A stretch of 64,000 nucleotides of DNA from Candidatus Nanoarchaeia archaeon (lineage in GTDB: Archaea > Nanobdellota > Nanobdellia > SCGC-AAA011-G17 > JACPNG01): positions 2,147 through 66,146 of the forward strand of contig JAQTMY010000001.1 of assembly GCA_028714095.1 (NCBI GenBank), in the 5' to 3' direction. This document shows positions 54,494 to 63,801 of the stretch, in pieces. Every line of letters starts with the position of its first letter. Position 1 is the first letter of the stretch. The translations under genes and the position numbers were made by a program. The notes below the pieces were generated by a model. It was given only the letters and a program-made list of their open reading frames with translations. It ran no database searches and had not been told where the DNA came from.

Positions 54494-57105
54494 CAAAAGC
54501 AGATTATCAATTTACAAATAATAACTTTAATGGCTCAGGGAATATGACCACTACTGGAAGAATTGGTATCGGAACAACCAATCCAAGTCAGATGCTAACT
54601 CTTTACGAGCAGGATGGTTCTACAGATATTAGACTAGATACAGGAGCATCACAAGGGTTTTATTATTCTGACATTATGAATAATTATAATACCAACAACG
54701 CATTTCAGATTACAACCGGAGGAGGGAATATAATCTCATCAACTTCTCACGGTTACAAAACTACAATTGGGGGTGGGGACGCTATTCTTGTTGTTTCTTC
54801 GACAGATAAAAATATTCAATTAACAAGTGATGTTGGAATAGGAACTTCTTCTCCAACACAAAAACTTGATGTAAATGGAAGCATAAATGCAAGCGGGGAT
54901 TTGTTTCTTTCTAACGGCACTAATTCTAAAATAGAATTTTATGGAGGATTAATTTTTTCAGATGATTATTCCTCTACAGCAAATGCACGGATAGCAGCTT
55001 CAGGCGATAATATTTATCTTCAAAATACCAATTCTTCAGGGGGAATAGTCTTTAGTGGAACAGGAGGTACATCTATCGAAGGAGATATTATTTTAAGCAC
55101 AACTGGAAATGTCGGAATCGGAACAGCAAGTCCGACAGCAAAACTGGATGTTAATGGAAATGCGGTTGTTGAAGGAAGCTTAAATGTCACGCAGAACGCA
55201 ATTGTAAACGGAAATGTTGGAATTGGAACAGCTTCTCCGACTGCAAAACTTGAAGTTGTTGGAAATGCAGTTACAAACGATATAACAAACTGGACTGCCC
55301 AATCAGCTTCTGGAACAAGTGCTTGGGATTCTGTGACTTATGGGCATGAATTATTTGTTGCGGTTTCAACTTCTTATCCCAGGGTCATGACTTCTACTGA
55401 CGGTATAACCTGGACTAACAGAACTGCATTTTCAGCAGATCCATGGAGATCAGTAACTTATGGAAACGGATTATATGTTGCTGTTGGTGATGGCGGAGCA
55501 ATCATGACTTCCCCTGAGGGGATAGCATGGACAGGAAGAAGTGGTGGAACAGACGATTATGTTTCTATAATTTATGCAAATAATTTATTCGTCGCTGTTG
55601 GTAATCGTGGCGATCATGAATTAATAACTTCTTATGATGGAATAAGCTGGAATGTTAGAAGTCTCCCTGCAAATAATGAATGGGTCGGAGTAACGTATGG
55701 AAATGGGACGTTTGTCGCTGTCAGTAATAATACTGGTGCTGCCAATCAGGTTATGACTTCTACTAATGGTATAGACTGGACTCTAAGAAATGCATCCAAG
55801 GTTGCTACTTGGCAGTCTGTAACTTATGGAAACGGATTATTTGTAGCCGTCGCATATGATGGGGATGTCTCGAGTTCGCCAGATGGGATAACCTGGACTA
55901 ACAGAACAGCATCTTCAGCAAGTACGTGGAAATCAATAGCTTATGGAAATGGGAAATTTGTAGCGGTTTCAATTGACGGGAACATAATGACTTCCCCTGA
56001 TGGGATAAGCTGGACTGATCAAACAGCTCCAGAGGCAAACTCTTGGCAGTCTGTAACTTATGGAAATGGGAAATTTGTAGCGGTTTCATCTGATGGAACC
56101 AACCAGGTCATGACTTCAGGGGACATAGAAGGAAATCTTTTTACACTTAGTGACTCCGACGGAACCTGCATCCACAATCCAGAAGCAGGAAGTGAAACAA
56201 TTTCATGTTCTTCAGACAGAAAATTAAAAGATAATATTACAGATGCTACTCCAGTATTGGATGAACTTGAAAAAATAAAAGTCAGAGATTACACAATTAA
56301 AGCTTCAGGAGTAGAAACAACAGGAGCAATTGCACAGGAACTACAGGAAACAAATCCGGACATGGTTCATGAAGAGAATGGAGAGTTATTTGTTGAACAG
56401 CCAAACCCATGGAAATTACTGAAAGCAATTCAGGAGTTAAGTGCAAGAATTGATGCTTTGGTTGGAGGGACTTATTCTGTTCAAGTTAAAAATGTTAATC
56501 AAGATCAAATTGGGGTCGCTAAAATTGGAGTTAATGAAACTGAAGGTTATGTTGAATTTAATAAAGAGTTTTCTGAAACTCCGGTTGTGACTGCTACAGT
56601 TATTGGCTTGCCTAGTTTCTTTTATGGAGTGGATGAAATTACTGCAAAGGGATTTAAGATTTTGATTAGTTCACCACAAGATAAAGAAATAAGTTTTAAT
56701 TGGCGTGCTTCAGGAGAGACTTCAAGTAGTGAAATAGATTATAATCAAACTCTTAGTGAAAGTTTAGAATCAAATATTAATATCTCTGAGAATGAAACTC
56801 TTGAGGTTAATATAACTATTCCTGAGGAAAATGAGAATATGAGTTCTAATGAGACTATCGAAGTCCTTGAAGAGAATACTACTTTAACAAATGGAACTAA
56901 TTTAACTATTCCTGAAATAAATGAAAATATTACAGAGAGTAACGTGACTTTAAATGAAACTATTAAGGTTAATGAAAATGTCACTAAAAATCTAAGCGAG
57001 GGAATAATCAATCAATCAAAGTCTCCTGAAGAGAATTCAGATACAAGCATTATGGTAAACAAAAAAGATTATCTGGAGGGAGATGTTAAACATTTTAAAC
57101 AATAA
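54319..57105 (+). CDS. Giant tail-fibre-like adhesin, C-terminal part: fibre repeats, BNR/beta-propeller-like repeats, peptidase S74 chaperone domain, acidic tail
   Basis: Same frame as 50995; GNVGIGTASPTAKL repeats; W.SVTYGNG.FVAV repeats; SSDRKLKDNI...GAIAQEL...LLKAIQEL (S74). Confidence 0.8.
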   Translation: MDYIDYVISDDNDSWSSTYNSTYDIWAYNQTTPAMDYIDSVISDDNDSWSSTYNSTYDTKADYQFTNNNFNGSGNMTTTGRIGIGTTNPSQMLTLYEQDGSTDIRLDTGASQGFYYSDIMNNYNTNNAFQITTGGGNIISSTSHGYKTTIGGGDAILVVSSTDKNIQLTSDVGIGTSSPTQKLDVNGSINASGDLFLSNGTNSKIEFYGGLIFSDDYSSTANARIAASGDNIYLQNTNSSGGIVFSGTGGTSIEGDIILSTTGNVGIGTASPTAKLDVNGNAVVEGSLNVTQNAIVNGNVGIGTASPTAKLEVVGNAVTNDITNWTAQSASGTSAWDSVTYGHELFVAVSTSYPRVMTSTDGITWTNRTAFSADPWRSVTYGNGLYVAVGDGGAIMTSPEGIAWTGRSGGTDDYVSIIYANNLFVAVGNRGDHELITSYDGISWNVRSLPANNEWVGVTYGNGTFVAVSNNTGAANQVMTSTNGIDWTLRNASKVATWQSVTYGNGLFVAVAYDGDVSSSPDGITWTNRTASSASTWKSIAYGNGKFVAVSIDGNIMTSPDGISWTDQTAPEANSWQSVTYGNGKFVAVSSDGTNQVMTSGDIEGNLFTLSDSDGTCIHNPEAGSETISCSSDRKLKDNITDATPVLDELEKIKVRDYTIKASGVETTGAIAQELQETNPDMVHEENGELFVEQPNPWKLLKAIQELSARIDALVGGTYSVQVKNVNQDQIGVAKIGVNETEGYVEFNKEFSETPVVTATVIGLPSFFYGVDEITAKGFKILISSPQDKEISFNWRASGETSSSEIDYNQTLSESLESNINISENETLEVNITIPEENENMSSNETIEVLEENTTLTNGTNLTIPEINENITESNVTLNETIKVNENVTKNLSEGIINQSKSPEENSDTSIMVNKKDYLEGDVKHFKQ

Positions 57106-58125
57106 ATGTCAATTAAAAAAAAACTTATTTTTCTTGAAATAATAACTTTGCTAATTTTAATTCCATTAGTTTATGCAAACAGTTATGGATCTAGCACCTA
57201 CGGAAATACTATTTATGGAGGAAACGAAAGCTCTGTTTTATATTGTGGTGACGGTGTATGCAATAATGGAGAAACTTGTTCTTCATGTTCTGCTGATTGT
57301 GGAATCTGCAGTGGAGGATCCAGGGGGGGTGGAGGGTCTAGTGGTGGTGGAGGAAGTTCAAATATTACAACTTACCAATGCTCTTTAGATTCAGATTGCA
57401 GAACAAATCAATATTGCTTTAATCACACCTGTTATAATGCAGAATGTTTTGATGATTCTTCCTGCAATGTAAAAAAAGGAGAAATTTGCTGGAATCATAG
57501 ATGTGTGAAATTATTTGATATGGAAATATTGAGTTTTGAGTCTCCTGTAAAGGTTGGGGAATTTTTTAATTTTACTTATTTTGTTAAAGCTGTAGCTGAA
57601 ATAAATGGTGATGTTCAGATTGATTTTTGGATTGAGAATAAAGATCAGAATAAAATTGCTTCTGGAAGAGATACAATTTATATGTCCAGTTTTGAAGAGA
57701 AAACAAAAGCCAAAGAATTATTCTTACCGAGTGATCTTTCTTCAGGAAGTTATATGTTTTATATTCAAGTAACTTACGGCACATATACTGCTGAAGCTCA
57801 CAGGAATATAGAAATAAACATTGATGAAAATGGATTAGCCACAATAAGTCTAAATTCAGAACTAAATTATTTATCTATTTATTTTCTTTCCGCACTAATC
57901 GGACTGGGAGTTTTTATTGTTTGTTTAATTTTCTATTTGGAAAGAAAGAAAATAAAAAAAGGACTAATAAAAGAAGAAAAATGGGTTAAGAAACACAAAA
58001 TCTCAATTTTGGTTTTATTTTTATTAATTATCATTGGAATTTTGATTTATTATTTTAGATGGGACCGAGTTATAGTGGACTGGATCAAGGAGGTTGTTTA
58101 TTGGATGAAGAGTAGACTCGCTTAA
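57106..58125 (+). CDS. Secreted, C-terminally membrane-anchored Cys-rich surface protein
   Basis: Signal peptide, YGSSTYGNTIYG, CGDGVCNNGETCSSCSADCG, Gly/Ser linker, Ig-like domain, two TM helices. Confidence 0.8.
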   Translation: MSIKKKLIFLEIITLLILIPLVYANSYGSSTYGNTIYGGNESSVLYCGDGVCNNGETCSSCSADCGICSGGSRGGGGSSGGGGSSNITTYQCSLDSDCRTNQYCFNHTCYNAECFDDSSCNVKKGEICWNHRCVKLFDMEILSFESPVKVGEFFNFTYFVKAVAEINGDVQIDFWIENKDQNKIASGRDTIYMSSFEEKTKAKELFLPSDLSSGSYMFYIQVTYGTYTAEAHRNIEINIDENGLATISLNSELNYLSIYFLSALIGLGVFIVCLIFYLERKKIKKGLIKEEKWVKKHKISILVLFLLIIIGILIYYFRWDRVIVDWIKEVVYWMKSRLA

Positions 58126-58213
58126 TTCAATTAATTCTAATCATTTATTTTCAGAAGTTAAAACTATTCTTATCAAAACCTTTAAATAACCCTTTTCTCA
58201 CAAAAAACATTAA

Positions 58214-58287
58214 GGGATCGTAGTTCAACCTGGGAGAACACCAGACTGAAGCTCTGGACGTTGTGGGTTCAAATCCCGCCGATCCCA
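58214..58287 (+). tRNA. tRNA-Phe(GAA), no intron, CCA not encoded
   Basis: Acceptor GGGATCG/CGATCCC plus A; anticodon arm CCAGA-CTGAAGC-TCTGG; T arm GTGGG-TTCAAAT-CCCGC; TTTAAATA upstream. Confidence 0.96.
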
Positions 58288-58340
58288 TATCAAAATATTT
58301 ATATAATAAAATAAATTCAATAATTAAGAGGTGAAACCTT

Positions 58341-58847
58341 ATGAATAAAAAAGGTGCAATTGAACTTTCAATTTCTACTATAGTTATAGTTGTAATCGGA
58401 GTTACATTATTAGTATTAGGATTAACATTTGTAAGAGGAATCTTCAAAAAAGTTGGAGGCCTTACAGATCAATCATTTCAGGCTGGAGAAAAATTAATCC
58501 AGGATCAAATGTCTTCAGATCAGAAATTCTACATATCAGGAATCACATTTGAACTTGAATCAGGAGGAAGCCAGACAATCTATACAGGAATACAAAACTT
58601 TGGCGACCCCGGAAAGACAAATTCATTTGAATTAAAAGTTGAGCCAGGACAAAATCTTGGGAAGGATTGGTTTACCTTGCCTGGGAAAATGAATGTAAAA
58701 GTAGGAGAAAGAAAAGCATTTCCTTTTGTAGTCACAGTCCCTAAAGGAACAACCCCTGGAAGCACTTATACCTTTAATATTATTGCATACAAAGATAGCC
58801 AGGAATATGACAGCCAGGCAATAATAGTTAGAGTTGCCTCAGAGTAA
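58341..58847 (+). CDS. Class III signal peptide (pilin-like) protein
   Basis: MNKKG|AIELSISTIVIVVIGVTLLVLG; SD GAGGTGA; Ig-like body. Confidence 0.8.
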   Translation: MNKKGAIELSISTIVIVVIGVTLLVLGLTFVRGIFKKVGGLTDQSFQAGEKLIQDQMSSDQKFYISGITFELESGGSQTIYTGIQNFGDPGKTNSFELKVEPGQNLGKDWFTLPGKMNVKVGERKAFPFVVTVPKGTTPGSTYTFNIIAYKDSQEYDSQAIIVRVASE

Positions 58848-58923
58848 CTCTATTTCTTTTATTTTATAAAATCCAGGCTATAGAAACCTTTTTAAATGGA
58901 ATATTTTCTCTTACCATATCAAA

Positions 58924-59328
58924 ATGGTAATGTACAATAAAAACCCAAGTGAAGTTGTAAATAAAGCCTCTTTAGAATTAAAAAAAGAAATAAAAGCACC
59001 AGAATGGTCAGTATTTGTAAAGACTGGAGTTTCAAGAGAAAGGCCTCCAGAAGACCCAGATTGGTGGTATAAGAGAGCTGCCTCAATTCTAAGAAAAATA
59101 TATATGCACGGTCCTATCGGAGTTTCAAAACTAAAAACAAAATATGGTTCCAAAAAAAATAGAGGTTCTAAACCAGAAAAATTCTATAAGGCTTCAGGAA
59201 AGATAATAAGGACAATACTACAGCAGTTAGAGCAGCAAAAACTAATTGAGACAACTGCTAAAGGTGTTCACAAAGGAAGAATAATTACTCCAAAAGGAAA
59301 AAGCCTATTGGATAAGGCAGGTAAATAA
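58924..59328 (+). CDS. rps19e: 30S ribosomal protein S19e
   Basis: PEWSVFVKTG..RERPP.DPDWWYKRAASILRKIY, ASGKIIRTILQQLE, GRIITPKG. Confidence 0.97.
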   Translation: MVMYNKNPSEVVNKASLELKKEIKAPEWSVFVKTGVSRERPPEDPDWWYKRAASILRKIYMHGPIGVSKLKTKYGSKKNRGSKPEKFYKASGKIIRTILQQLEQQKLIETTAKGVHKGRIITPKGKSLLDKAGK

Positions 59329-59329
59329 G

Positions 59330-59500
59330 ATGGCAATAAAATGGCTGGCCAAGAAAAAAAGGCTTGCAAAAAAATCAGAACAAACTAAATGGGCTCCATT
59401 CTGGACAGTCCCAAAAAAATACGGTAAAGGAAAAAGAGTTCATCCAGGCAGGCATACAGTTATAAAAAGAAGTTGGAGAAGAACAAAGACTAACGCTTAA
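59330..59500 (+). CDS. rpl39e: 50S ribosomal protein L39e (not in ORF track)
   Basis: MAIKWLAKKKRLAKKSEQTKWAPFW...HP...KRSWRRTK; conserved position between S19e and L31e. Confidence 0.9.
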   Translation: MAIKWLAKKKRLAKKSEQTKWAPFWTVPKKYGKGKRVHPGRHTVIKRSWRRTKTNA

Positions 59501-59502
59501 AA

Positions 59503-60009
59503 ATGGCAAATCTAAAACGTGATTATATTATTAATTTGAGAAGAGAAATCAATAAAGTACCTAGGTATAAAAGAACCTCTAAGGCTGTTAAAGCATTAAA
59601 GGTTTTTGTAAAGCAACATATGAAAGTTGATGAAGTCAAAATTTTATTAGAGTTAAATAATCACATATTCCAGAACGGAAGGAAAAATCCTCCTCACAAA
59701 TATGAGATTACATGTTTAAAGATTGAAGATAAAGATAGATCAGTTGCAAGAGTTAACTTGAAGGGATTAAAAGTAGAACCAGAAATTAAAAAAGAAGAGA
59801 AAAAAGGTTTGGATAAAATAAAGGAAAAACTAACTGGAAAGGAAAAAGAAGAAAAATTAAAGGAAGATATTCTTGAACACAAAGAAGATAAAACAATAGA
59901 AGAGAAAATAACTAAAAAACCTCATCTAGACAAAGAAACTAAAGAACCTGAAAAAGCTCATGCTCACAGAAAACAAGAACAGGTTATTGGAACTAAGGCT
60001 GATAAATAA
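59503..60009 (+). CDS. rpl31e: 50S ribosomal protein L31e with Lys/Glu-rich C-terminal extension
   Basis: RDYIINLR...VPRYKRTSKAVK.LKVFVKQHMK, LNNHIFQNGRKNPP. Confidence 0.92.
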   Translation: MANLKRDYIINLRREINKVPRYKRTSKAVKALKVFVKQHMKVDEVKILLELNNHIFQNGRKNPPHKYEITCLKIEDKDRSVARVNLKGLKVEPEIKKEEKKGLDKIKEKLTGKEKEEKLKEDILEHKEDKTIEEKITKKPHLDKETKEPEKAHAHRKQEQVIGTKADK

Positions 60010-60020
60010 ATAATCATAAG

Positions 60021-62795
60021 TTAAAATACTCCACAATCTTCTAACCACTTTCTAGTTGTCATCCGAATTAAAGAGTTTAAGCGAGGATTTTTAAGTTCAT
60101 AACCTCCCGAATCATCTGGTTTAGGTTCTCCTCCACTCCAGGGGAAATAAACTTTTGTTCTTTGTTTCAGAAATTTCTTTCCTAGTGATTCCCCTGCATT
60201 ATAATATAATGAAGACCAAAAAAAGATTTCATCATCAGTGAGTTTATTTAGTTCCTCTTCTCCATATAAATCTTTAAAATCTGATAGAAAACTATATTTT
60301 CTTTGAGCAAAAACGCCGGCAACAGCAATAAGCCCATCTCGCAATGTCTCAAACTCTGCAGGAGTTACTCTCTCAGTGTCTGCTTGATTCATTATAGACT
60401 TGATTGATTCTATCCTCAAAGTCGAGGGGATAAACCTCCCATCCATAAGTCTCCTTTGTTCATTCTTGTCTCCCAATGTATCCAACCCAAGATAAAGATA
60501 TCCTCCCGCTGGAACATTATGCCCAAAGTAATATGTTGAAACTACAGCCCCCCCTTCAGCCATATAAGTAACAAACACCTCGGAAGGGGCCACTTTAATC
60601 CCATATTTATTATTATTAGCAGAGTCAGAAGCCTCATATATCCACCTTGCCAAATCATCTTCTACATATTTTTCATTTAAGAATCCAAAATAAGATCTTG
60701 GCCTCACCCCCCACTGCTCTTGAATATTTTTTTTAACATTTTTTATTACAATCGGATCAACATCAATACCTCGCTGGATAGTCTTTTCCCAAGGGTAACT
60801 AACATCCAAAATAACCCCTCCTTCTTTGTTAGAAAGTAAAAACTCATCAAGTACATATTGGTTATTAAGAACAAAATCATAAGAAACTAGGTCTGGGTTT
60901 TCCTTATTAAAAGAGAATAGTACATCTTCTTCACTGGAAGAAACTTTTACTCTACCATCGGTCAGTTCCACATCTCCTTCAACACTAATATCAAAAGGAT
61001 ATCCAAACAAGTATTTGGAAACCTTCTCCTGATTGTATATCGCTTCTTCATCTAACCTTGCATTATTTTCTTCATCCTCTTCCTCATCCATTCCAAGTAT
61101 ATTATAATGGAGAGTCTCCCCCACTCTCTCAGCCTCAATATTTAAAGGAAAAAAAGGCAGCATATAATCATCATCATACTTAATATTGTTTCTAACATAA
61201 TCTTCTCTTAAATCTCTCAGATTAGCAGGGACTAGCAGATTTCCGGTTTTGCTTCTTATTGAATCTCCATTCCATTCTTCCGTGATTATAGAATTTTTCA
61301 TTACATTATAATATCCTGTAAGCTGGAAATAAAAAAAGCAAGAATCTAAAATAGGGCCCACTTCTTCTGCAGATAATTTTTCCTCAAGAACGGAGTGTAT
61401 ACTTGATGCACCACCCCCCCCATACACAACCTTGATCTTTGGATAATAAACCTCTTCTACCTTTTCCAATTCCTCTTTTCCATACGTTGTCTCCAGTTTT
61501 TTAATTTCAGAATCAATAATAGATTCAAATTCTTCACGATTCTGTATTACTTTCGAATTAAGCAATTCCTCCCAAAAATTATACTGATGCAAAGCTTCTG
61601 AACCCCCAGCAACAGAAAAATCATACATAGTTTTATCCTTACCCAGGTCATTATAGGTTTCCTTTAAGGCTTCATCCAAACCTTCACCGGAATCAATATA
61701 CGTTTTTAGTTTAGCTAGCATCCAGAAAATAGGTTTTTTATCTCTCTGCTCCTGGTTTATTCCTTCTTTTTTGTTAATCTCAATTCTCCCTCCGTTAACA
61801 GACACCTCAAAGAGGGTTTTTTTAGTTAAGGGAGACGCATAAATTATGATACTATCTATGAACTCTGGGAATATTTTATTTCCCTCCACTAGATTAAAGC
61901 TAAAGCCAGAACCCCCAGCCCAAATCTTTGCAGATCCCTGTGCAAAATAGTTCTCATCTTCATGTTTTGAATAATCAAAATTATTATCATAGTACATATT
62001 TACTTCAGGGCCCTTTACCCTAAAAATAAATCCATTAAAATCAACTTTTGTATTACTTGAAATCTTATCCAATTTTCCATTTAAAATCGTAATTGAACCA
62101 GAGCCCTTCTCTAACCCCCCCACCTTAATAGAATCTTCTCCTAAAAATGCACGGAAATGTCCAGTAATCTGGTTTCCTTTTATAACTAATTTACCATCAA
62201 TAATCTCAAGGTCCTTAATTCCAAAAAGTTTTCCTTCAGGGATAACGGATAAATCTATTTTCTTACCTAACAATTCAGATTCAAGGACCTCCCCCTCTCC
62301 ATTAAGTTTTATCCAACTGTTGGGATCAAAATTTTTAGAATCATAGAGAGATTTCAAAATAATCTTTTCTTCCTTACCATCTTTTTCAACAACCTTTTCA
62401 ATATTTAATTCAATTGATCCCTCTTTTTTTAAGGTTATTTTTGTGAGTCCATCTTGTTTTTCAAATCTAACATTCCTAACAATAATCCAAGAATCTTTCA
62501 GCTTAATTCCAACCAGATTCCCAAGGGTTAAGGAATTCTTAACATCTATACTCGCATCAACAACCTTTCCTTTTTCATCAACAACCAAATTTCCAATTTT
62601 AACTCCACTTTTTAAAAATCCCTTAATCTGATTATATACCCCCACTAATTGGGTAGGAACCTCTTGCTCACCAGATTGATCTTCTAAAATAAGATTTCCA
62701 GAAGGATCAACCCTTAAAAAAAACTGGGAATCTCCAGTTACGATCGGGAGTACAATCAAAATACAAACAATCCCAAAAAGACACTTTCTTATCAT
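60021..62795 (-). CDS. Large secreted protein, possible lysozyme/transglycosylase-like C-terminal domain
   Basis: 924 aa, N-terminal signal, beta-rich N half, C-term YMAEGG...YLGLDT...LYYNAG. Confidence 0.75.
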   Translation of the reverse strand: MIRKCLFGIVCILIVLPIVTGDSQFFLRVDPSGNLILEDQSGEQEVPTQLVGVYNQIKGFLKSGVKIGNLVVDEKGKVVDASIDVKNSLTLGNLVGIKLKDSWIIVRNVRFEKQDGLTKITLKKEGSIELNIEKVVEKDGKEEKIILKSLYDSKNFDPNSWIKLNGEGEVLESELLGKKIDLSVIPEGKLFGIKDLEIIDGKLVIKGNQITGHFRAFLGEDSIKVGGLEKGSGSITILNGKLDKISSNTKVDFNGFIFRVKGPEVNMYYDNNFDYSKHEDENYFAQGSAKIWAGGSGFSFNLVEGNKIFPEFIDSIIIYASPLTKKTLFEVSVNGGRIEINKKEGINQEQRDKKPIFWMLAKLKTYIDSGEGLDEALKETYNDLGKDKTMYDFSVAGGSEALHQYNFWEELLNSKVIQNREEFESIIDSEIKKLETTYGKEELEKVEEVYYPKIKVVYGGGGASSIHSVLEEKLSAEEVGPILDSCFFYFQLTGYYNVMKNSIITEEWNGDSIRSKTGNLLVPANLRDLREDYVRNNIKYDDDYMLPFFPLNIEAERVGETLHYNILGMDEEEDEENNARLDEEAIYNQEKVSKYLFGYPFDISVEGDVELTDGRVKVSSSEEDVLFSFNKENPDLVSYDFVLNNQYVLDEFLLSNKEGGVILDVSYPWEKTIQRGIDVDPIVIKNVKKNIQEQWGVRPRSYFGFLNEKYVEDDLARWIYEASDSANNNKYGIKVAPSEVFVTYMAEGGAVVSTYYFGHNVPAGGYLYLGLDTLGDKNEQRRLMDGRFIPSTLRIESIKSIMNQADTERVTPAEFETLRDGLIAVAGVFAQRKYSFLSDFKDLYGEEELNKLTDDEIFFWSSLYYNAGESLGKKFLKQRTKVYFPWSGGEPKPDDSGGYELKNPRLNSLIRMTTRKWLEDCGVF

Positions 62796-63535
62796 TTCTT
62801 AATTAAGAATCTAAACTCCTCCTTAGTTCTTTTACTAATAAGAGATAATGTTAACGAATCTGGATCTTCAAGCAAATTCAGAGAAGGGGATACTTCAATA
62901 ATAAAATTTGATTTGGATAAGTCTTCCAAGCAGGTTATACAAACCCCTTCTATATTATTTTTTGAATAATAATCTACTAAATCTTCAGATAATTTATGCA
63001 AGTCCTTAATATCCGAATCAACAAACTCCTCAGCTTCCAGATTAAATTTTTGATAAGAACTCCCATTAATAAAGAGGTTATAACCCAAAGCAAGCTTAAC
63101 CTTATCATAATCTATCTCTACGCTTACTCCCTCCGCCAGAAGTTCAAAATCCGTACTATTTCCCGCTAAAGAGATTGAACTCAAACATCCCTTAATATTT
63201 TCATTGATATACCCAGAAGTTTCATCCTCAATCCTATTAACTGAAGGGATATACTTATTCTTACTAACAGAATAATATGGAATATCCAAAAGTGCAGATT
63301 TTAGAACTTCGTTTGGAATTTTATAATAACCCCCGTGCCTAGTCACATATAGCAAAGCCTTCTCTCCTATTTCCTTCAAGCAAGATTTAACATAAGGATT
63401 AAATTTCTCAAGCATAAGAGAGTTCATATCTGATTGATTTCGGGAATTTTCCCTAAAAAACAAAAACAAACCAACCACAACCAATATTAGGATTCCAATG
63501 ATAACAAATAAAGTAATCTGCCCTCTTTTCTGCAT
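62792..63535 (-). CDS. Class III signal peptide protein (KRGQITLF family)
   Basis: MQKRG|QITLFVIIGILIL, YVKSCL, RHGGYY; paralogue of 26103-26909. Confidence 0.8.
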   Translation of the reverse strand: MQKRGQITLFVIIGILILVVVGLFLFFRENSRNQSDMNSLMLEKFNPYVKSCLKEIGEKALLYVTRHGGYYKIPNEVLKSALLDIPYYSVSKNKYIPSVNRIEDETSGYINENIKGCLSSISLAGNSTDFELLAEGVSVEIDYDKVKLALGYNLFINGSSYQKFNLEAEEFVDSDIKDLHKLSEDLVDYYSKNNIEGVCITCLEDLSKSNFIIEVSPSLNLLEDPDSLTLSLISKRTKEEFRFLIKK

Positions 63536-63801
63536 ACACTAAACTAAATTTGGAAATATAAAAGACTTTCTATAAAGAAGACCCTATAAATGTGTAACTT
63601 ATGAGTAACAACAAAACAAAAGGTTTATAAATCTAGATTATCTATGAAATCTATTAAAAATTAACTTATTCCGTAGCATCATAAAGGAGGATTACAAATT
63701 TCCGCCATTGGGGTGGAAGACCTTCTTTTTGTTTCGATCCTAATATTTTAGACTTCTTAGCTAAAATTAAAAGCTAAGGAAGAGTTAAAAAAGGAGAAAA
63801 G

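Noticed and set aside
50000-58287. tRNA-Phe-integrated provirus or island with att sites
   Set aside because: No integrase or virion genes; no duplicate of the tRNA end found near 50000; the block lies on the 5' side of the tRNA.
58151-58447. 98-aa minus-strand ORF
   Set aside because: Antisense to tRNA-Phe and the pilin-like gene; GSAGFEPTTS is the usual tRNA shadow translation.
589-62631. Many short antisense or nested ORFs in the track (e.g. 589-777, 18153-18497, 28038-28622, 33650-34051, 47585-49721 set)
   Set aside because: They overlap well-supported genes on the opposite strand or frame and have shadow-ORF composition.
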